Shown here: piece by piece, positions 63,160 through 64,000 of the stretch
Layout: each line of letters begins with the position of its first letter
Position numbering within the stretch: position 1 is the stretch's first letter
From: an uncultured delta proteobacterium
Lineage (GTDB): Bacteria > Desulfobacterota > WTBG01
Direction of reading: 5' to 3'
NCBI GenBank assembly: GCA_963793865.1
Contig: CAWCBP010000009.1
Coordinates: 13,424 to 77,423, forward strand
DNA length: 64,000 nt
Translations under genes and position numbers: made by a program
Notes under the pieces: model-generated
Databases searched by the model: none
What the model saw: only the letters and a program-made list of their open reading frames with translations
What the model was told of the DNA's origin: nothing

Positions 63160-64000
63160 CTAATATTCTGTAAAATTATATGCCTGTGGCGTAGTCTGCG
63201 GAATAGCAACGTTTATATTGTCATATTCAGGAGTGTAGGTTTTTCCGGTTCTCTGCGGCACCACCTTATAGGTACCAGCACTTAAACCACTAAAACAGTA
63301 ATGTCCTTCATCGTTAGGGGTAATAGTAGATCCCCATTGAGTCCAAGCACAATTTATCAGTTGAAAAAGTTTGATAGAAATGGTTGTCGGCGAACTTACG
63401 GACTGATGCAATCCTGGATATGCTCCTGGCTCATATGAGATGACCCCTGAGATGCAATCTAAAGAGTCGTTATTGTGAAGAAGATAGGTGTTTGTTTTGA
63501 TTATTTTTGTATCCAATAGTGTGACATTAAGCAGCTCGGTCTTATAATCTGTAGCTGAAAAACGCAAGGTACTAGAAGATAACTGAATAGGTGTAATCTG
63601 CCCATACTCCCCCGTCGGAGTTGTTACTTTTTCAACCCATGACCCACTTTCAAAAGCTTCCACTTTAGAATTTGGTATTAGTGTTCGGTTATTTGAAGAA
63701 CAGTTGGAACAGGAATCAAAGATTTTTCCTTTAATCCAGTAGCCCGTAGAATAGCTAGCAATACCATCTTGACCCACAACAAAAATATGCGGGTTTTCGC
63801 TGACCCAGACGGCATAGAGATTCGCATTGGCAGGTTCTGTAAGCCGGGACCATTTTTCACCATCAAAATGAATAACCGTATTCACTTGGCCTACAGCGAA
63901 GATATTGTTTGTCTGCCTTCCGTATATGCTATTAAGACTATTCTTAACAGGACTATTCATCTCAGACCATTGTGTGCCATCAAAATGGACGACTGTACCT
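63160..64000 (-). CDS. Large extracellular protein, C-terminal part (beta-repeat and carboxypeptidase-regulatory/SdrD-like domains); partial
   Basis: IFAVG..VIHFDG.KW repeats and GHYCFSGLSAGTYKVVP; the frame appears to continue beyond the window end. Confidence 0.55.
   Translation of the reverse strand, partial: GTVVHFDGTQWSEMNSPVKNSLNSIYGRQTNNIFAVGQVNTVIHFDGEKWSRLTEPANANLYAVWVSENPHIFVVGQDGIASYSTGYWIKGKIFDSCSNCSSNNRTLIPNSKVEAFESGSWVEKVTTPTGEYGQITPIQLSSSTLRFSATDYKTELLNVTLLDTKIIKTNTYLLHNNDSLDCISGVISYEPGAYPGLHQSVSSPTTISIKLFQLINCAWTQWGSTITPNDEGHYCFSGLSAGTYKVVPQRTGKTYTPEYDNINVAIPQTTPQAYNFTEY

Overview
GC-rich bacterial chromosome window. Gene content suggests an anaerobic Desulfobacterota/deltaproteobacterial lineage (inference). 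The left ~27 kb is mostly housekeeping: the 5' end of a dnaA-like gene missed by the ORF track, rodA-mrdA-mreDCB, ppiD, rarA, nadK-recN, mnmE-jag-yidC-yidD-rnpA-rpmH, tRNA-Arg(CCT), ogt, rpsT and holA-lptE-leuS, plus a frameshifted secreted Cys-rich repeat protein. A Y1/HUH (RAYT-like) transposase bounded by perfect 26-bp inverted repeats follows. The centre (31.0-49.3 kb) is an ~18 kb co-directional redox cluster. It holds an AOR-family tungstopterin enzyme with substituted active-site motifs, a BamC-like Fe-S protein, two ~1000-aa HdrA (one Cys form, one Sec form), two selenocysteine MvhD (one BamF-like with a C-terminal HTH), two minimal HdrA, HdrB, two HdrC, an HdrD/BamD-like protein, a split HdrL-like NAD(P)H module, a further Fe-S protein and MoaD. 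Three in-frame UGA codons sit at conserved Cys positions and are followed by SECIS-like hairpins. The cluster resembles the class II benzoyl-CoA reductase (Bam) electron-bifurcation chassis, but it is wired to a W enzyme that is neither BamB nor a canonical AOR; this is the best candidate for an undescribed system. The right part has an RpoD paralogue behind a sigma54-type promoter, nested REP/MITE elements, a Phd-VapC module, an orphan MNT, and large secreted proteins, one heavily frameshifted. All family assignments come from motif recognition by eye; no searches were run.
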